Below are positions 60,794 through 64,000 of a DNA stretch of 64,000 nucleotides, one piece after another. Below the pieces are notes generated by a model. The model saw only the letters and a program-made list of their open reading frames with translations, was not told where the DNA came from and searched no databases. Position numbers and translations under genes: made by a program. Location: IMG/VR virus record IMGVR_UViG_3300027782_000038. One strand, 5' to 3'. The DNA comes from a virus. How positions within the stretch are numbered: the first letter of the stretch is position 1; every line of letters begins with the position of its first letter.

Positions 60794-62128
60794 ATGTATC
60801 TATCAGAAGAACTACAACAAAAATGGAATCCTGTTTTGGAACACCCAGAATTGGAAGCTATTAAAGATCCATACAAGAAAGCTGTAACAGCTGTTATTCT
60901 TGAAAACCAACATCAAGCGATGCAACAAGATCGTCAGATGTTAAATGAAACATTGACAGCTGATGGTCCTACAAACATCACTGGTGGTGTTCAAAACTTC
61001 GATCCAATCTTAATCAGCTTGGTTCGCCGTTCATTGCCAAATCTGATCGCTTATGACGTTGCTGGTGTTCAACCAATGACAGGTCCTACAGGTCTGATTT
61101 TTGCAATGCGTGCTAAGTATGCAACACAAGGTGGTGCTGAAGCTTTCTATAACGAAGCTAACACAGTATTCTCAGGTAAACCATCTGCTGCGAACCCATA
61201 CGGTTTCCAAGGCACATTGGCATCTGATACAGCAAATACATTCCAAACTCAGACAGCATCATCAAATACTACATCTGGTATTGGTGTTCCAACTGCTAAC
61301 GCTGAATTCTGGGGTGCTGACGTTGCTGGTCAACCAGTTTTTCAACAAATGGCATTCTCAATTGAGAAAGTTACTGTTACTGCACAAAGTCGTGCATTGA
61401 AAGCTGAATACTCACTTGAATTAGCTCAAGACTTGAAAGCAATTCATGGTCTGGATGCTGAAACAGAATTGTCAAACATTCTGTCAACAGAAATCTTGGC
61501 TGAAATCAACCGTGAAGTTATTCGTACAATCTATACTTGTGCCGTTCCTGGTGCTCAGTATGGTACTGTAACTGCTGGTTCATTCGACTTAGATACAGAT
61601 TCAAACGGTCGTTGGTCAGTTGAACGTTTCAAAGGTTTGATTTTCCAAATCGAACGTGATGCTAACGTAATTGCTAAGCAAACTCGTCGTGGAAAAGGTA
61701 ACGTTTTGATCGTTTCTTCAGATGTTGCTTCAGCAATGGCTATGTCTGGTGTTCTTACTTACACACCTGCATTACAAGCTGACTTACAAGTTGATGACAC
61801 AGGTAACACATTCGCTGGTCTGTTACATGGTCGTATTAAGGTCTATATTGACCCATACTTCGGTGGTTATACAACTAATCAAGAATTGGTTACAATCGGT
61901 TATAAGGGTGCTTCACCTTATGATGCTGGTCTGTTCTATTGCCCATACGTTCCTCTACAAATGGTTCGTGCAGTTGACCAGTTCACATTCCAACCAAAGA
62001 TTGGATTCAAGACTCGTTACGGTATGGTTGCAAACCCATTCGCACAAGGCTTAACAGCTGGTAACGGCGCATTGAACGCACGTACAAACGTTTACTACCG
62101 CTTGTTCTCAGTAAGAAACTTGATGTAA
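60794..62128 (+). CDS. gp23: major capsid protein gp23
   Basis: DPILISLVRR..PNLIAYD.AGVQPM.GPTGLIFAMR, SRALKAEYSLELAQDLKAIHGLDAE, YCPYVPL, FQPKIGFKTRYG; AATAAATA at 60752. Confidence 0.97.
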   Translation: MYLSEELQQKWNPVLEHPELEAIKDPYKKAVTAVILENQHQAMQQDRQMLNETLTADGPTNITGGVQNFDPILISLVRRSLPNLIAYDVAGVQPMTGPTGLIFAMRAKYATQGGAEAFYNEANTVFSGKPSAANPYGFQGTLASDTANTFQTQTASSNTTSGIGVPTANAEFWGADVAGQPVFQQMAFSIEKVTVTAQSRALKAEYSLELAQDLKAIHGLDAETELSNILSTEILAEINREVIRTIYTCAVPGAQYGTVTAGSFDLDTDSNGRWSVERFKGLIFQIERDANVIAKQTRRGKGNVLIVSSDVASAMAMSGVLTYTPALQADLQVDDTGNTFAGLLHGRIKVYIDPYFGGYTTNQELVTIGYKGASPYDAGLFYCPYVPLQMVRAVDQFTFQPKIGFKTRYGMVANPFAQGLTAGNGALNARTNVYYRLFSVRNLM

Positions 62129-62166
62129 TTTACGTTAAAAATAAAATCACCGTAGAGTGATCTTTT

Positions 62167-62199
62167 AAAGAGGACCCTTAAAAAAGGTCCTCTTTTTTT
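62167..62199 (+). terminator. rho-independent terminator after gp23
   Basis: AAAGAGGACC-loop-GGTCCTCTTT followed by a T run; small ATCAC/GTGAT hairpin just upstream. Confidence 0.85.
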
Positions 62200-62266
62200 A
62201 TGACCTAAATACTAGTAAGATAGTAATTATAGAACCTAAATCACATTTTATTGTTAAAATACTACT

Positions 62267-62788
62267 ATGACAGTACTTACCAGAGTTCCAGAAAATACCA
62301 ATTACTTACAAGCAACTAAGTTTCTATTAACTATTGATAGAATTACTACCACACAATACTTTTGTCAATCTGTGAATTTGCCTGGTGTTTCGTTAGGAAA
62401 AGCAGAGTTCAATACACCAACTTTAGATATGTACGTGGCTGGAAATAAATTAACGTATAGTCCATTAACAATATCATTTACTATTGATGAACAGATACAA
62501 TCATGGAAAGAATTACATACATGGTTTCTTTCCATTGCATCACCGGATATGGAAGAAAGAGTTAGATTAACAGATTTACAAAGCAAAAGAAAAACACAAA
62601 AGAATTATTCAGACGGAACATTGACCATTCTTTCGGCACTAAACAATCCTATTGTCAATGTAAGATTCATCAATTTATTTCCAATATCTCTATCTGACAT
62701 TCAATTTGACACACAATCTTCGGCTGATAGTATTATTACAGCTACAGCAACATTTCATTACCAGCAATTTGATTTTGCACCTATCTAA
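62267..62788 (+). CDS. gp3: tail tube terminator / tail completion protein gp3
   Basis: NYLQ...F, YFCQ.VNLPG, L.Y.PL.I.F.IDE, SDGTL.IL...NNP, F..LFP.SLS.IQF; CCTAAATA at 62204. Confidence 0.88.
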   Translation: MTVLTRVPENTNYLQATKFLLTIDRITTTQYFCQSVNLPGVSLGKAEFNTPTLDMYVAGNKLTYSPLTISFTIDEQIQSWKELHTWFLSIASPDMEERVRLTDLQSKRKTQKNYSDGTLTILSALNNPIVNVRFINLFPISLSDIQFDTQSSADSIITATATFHYQQFDFAPI

Positions 62789-62796
62789 CATAGATA

Positions 62797-62826
62797 TTGC
62801 CACAATAACATTGTATATGTTATAAT
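62797..62826 (+). promoter_or_regulatory. sigma70-type promoter for uvsY
   Basis: TTGCCA-N18-TATAAT with an extended -10 TG. Confidence 0.65.
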
Positions 62827-62857
62827 GCCGTTTTAACGTTAATTACTTGATATCATT

Positions 62858-63292
62858 ATGGAAAATTTGGAACAAATACTTAAACTGTGGGAAAAAGATG
62901 CTGATATTGACCAGACAGAACCTGGAAAAGCACTCTTAGAAATACCCAAACTACACAACAAATATCTCACTATTCTGACCAAACACAAGATGGCTTCAAA
63001 GAAAGCACATTTTGATTACCTTCGTTTACGTAAACTCAAATGGGAATACTATACAGGTAAAATGTCTAGAGAAGAATTGGCAGAACACGGATGGGATCCT
63101 TTTCAATTTACTTTGAAATCCGATGTGTCTACATATTTGGAAGCAGATAACGATCTAATTCGTTTATTGGAAAAGAAAATATATCATGAAGAATCTGTGT
63201 CTGTTGTTGAATCAATTATGAATGAATTGAAAAACCGTAATTGGGAGTTGAAATCATTCATTGATTGGGAAAGGTTTATAAGTGGACAATGA
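62858..63292 (+). CDS. uvsY: recombination mediator UvsY
   Basis: WEKD..ID, IPKLHNKYL, KWEYYTGK, YLEAD.DL, NRNWELK..IDW.RF. Confidence 0.92.
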   Translation: MENLEQILKLWEKDADIDQTEPGKALLEIPKLHNKYLTILTKHKMASKKAHFDYLRLRKLKWEYYTGKMSREELAEHGWDPFQFTLKSDVSTYLEADNDLIRLLEKKIYHEESVSVVESIMNELKNRNWELKSFIDWERFISGQ

Positions 63293-63310
63293 TGGTCAAA
63301 TAAGATTCTT

Positions 63311-63318
63311 TATAAATA
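63311..63318 (+). promoter_or_regulatory. late promoter TATAAATA
   Basis: Exact box, then SD AAGGAG and ATG 63337. Confidence 0.75.
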
Positions 63319-63336
63319 CTTCAAAAGGAGTGTTTA

Positions 63337-63759
63337 ATGAAAAACATATTTGAAGGACTTAAAGATATTATTAAATATGAGGATATAGATAAACAAGAAT
63401 TTGAATCTCAAAGAGAATTATTTGTATCTGAAGCGTTAAAAAGAAATTCTATATTTGTTGAATGTCCTCACTGCAAGGTTGTTGGTAATGAACCAAATAT
63501 GTTACGATGGCATTTTAATAATTGTGATACAGTTTTGAGATGTTGTGAACAATGTGGTAATACAATACCAAGACAAGGAATAAAACCATTTCTATATGAT
63601 GTTAAGAAGTATTGTAACAGAAAATGTTACATGGAGAGTAAAAAAGGTAAGCCACCTATTGTTATGACCCGTGAGGTTAAAGAAAAAATTAGCAAATCTT
63701 GGATTGGTAGAGATATTATCAATTATAAAAAACCAAAAAAGAAAAAAATAAATGAGTGA
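63337..63759 (+). CDS. zinc-finger/NUMOD3-like DNA-binding protein, homing-endonuclease-derived
   Basis: CPHC..G...NM.RWHF.NC, CEQCG...KYCNRKC, MTREVKEKISKS; no catalytic HNH or GIY-YIG motif seen. Confidence 0.65.
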   Translation: MKNIFEGLKDIIKYEDIDKQEFESQRELFVSEALKRNSIFVECPHCKVVGNEPNMLRWHFNNCDTVLRCCEQCGNTIPRQGIKPFLYDVKKYCNRKCYMESKKGKPPIVMTREVKEKISKSWIGRDIINYKKPKKKKINE

Positions 63760-64000
63760 TTTAATTATTTCTAAAGTAAATGAAGTATATGCAAAGATAA
63801 CTTGTGAGAAACATATATCAAAAGAATTACATGAGTATTTTTCTTTTATGATACCAGGATATCAATTTGTTCCCGCTTACAGAAATAAAATTTGGAATGG
63901 TAAAATATATCTTTATCATCTAAACACTTCACAAATCTATCTTGGTTTACTTCCATATGTGGAAGAATTCTGTCAATCTAGAGAATACACATATGAATAT
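63752..64000 (+). CDS. uvsW: UvsW helicase, 5' fragment
   Basis: Read by hand: MSDLIISKVNEVYAKITCE..ELHEYFSF.IPGYQF.PAYRNKIWNGKIYLY...IYLGLL; follows uvsY. Confidence 0.9.
   Translation, partial: MSDLIISKVNEVYAKITCEKHISKELHEYFSFMIPGYQFVPAYRNKIWNGKIYLYHLNTSQIYLGLLPYVEEFCQSREYTYEY

Noticed and set aside
1-64000. tRNA or rRNA genes
   Set aside because: The window is almost fully coding, and I recognised no cloverleaf or T-loop signatures in the short intergenic gaps; not verified with tRNAscan.

Overview
AT-rich window from a T4-like (T4-superfamily, cyanophage/environmental-type gene order) myovirus, covering nearly the whole virion morphogenesis region. Minus strand, left end: gp4, gp2, a gp54/gp19-like tube initiator, gp26, a small gp51-like ORF missed by the ORF track, and the 5' part of an unknown gene. 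Plus strand: gp48, gp53, a gp27-like hub, gp5 split into three ORFs, gp25, gp6, gp7, a fibre, gp8, a VrlC/DUF4815-like protein, two giant repeat-rich fibres sharing a C-terminal domain, a LamG/SPRY protein, chaperones, gp13-gp16, an antisense HNH endonuclease, gp17-gp20, a collagen plus 1771-aa cassette, prohead core genes, gp21-gp23, gp3, uvsY, a zinc-finger ORF and the start of uvsW. Many (T/C/A)ATAAATA late promoters are present; I saw no tRNA, rRNA or CRISPR. Best candidate for an undescribed system: a programmed -1 frameshift (T_TTT_TTC with an internal GGAGG 10 nt upstream) fusing gp26 to the gp51-like ORF, giving a lambda G/G-T-style chaperone pair in a T4-like phage. Other highlights: a pervasive [A/S]-N-[T/S/V/A] motif in surface-exposed virion proteins (possible modification sequon), the tripartite gp5 spike, a shared fibre docking domain and a double-hairpin leader at the HNH gene. 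All family assignments come from motif recognition and synteny; no database searches were run.
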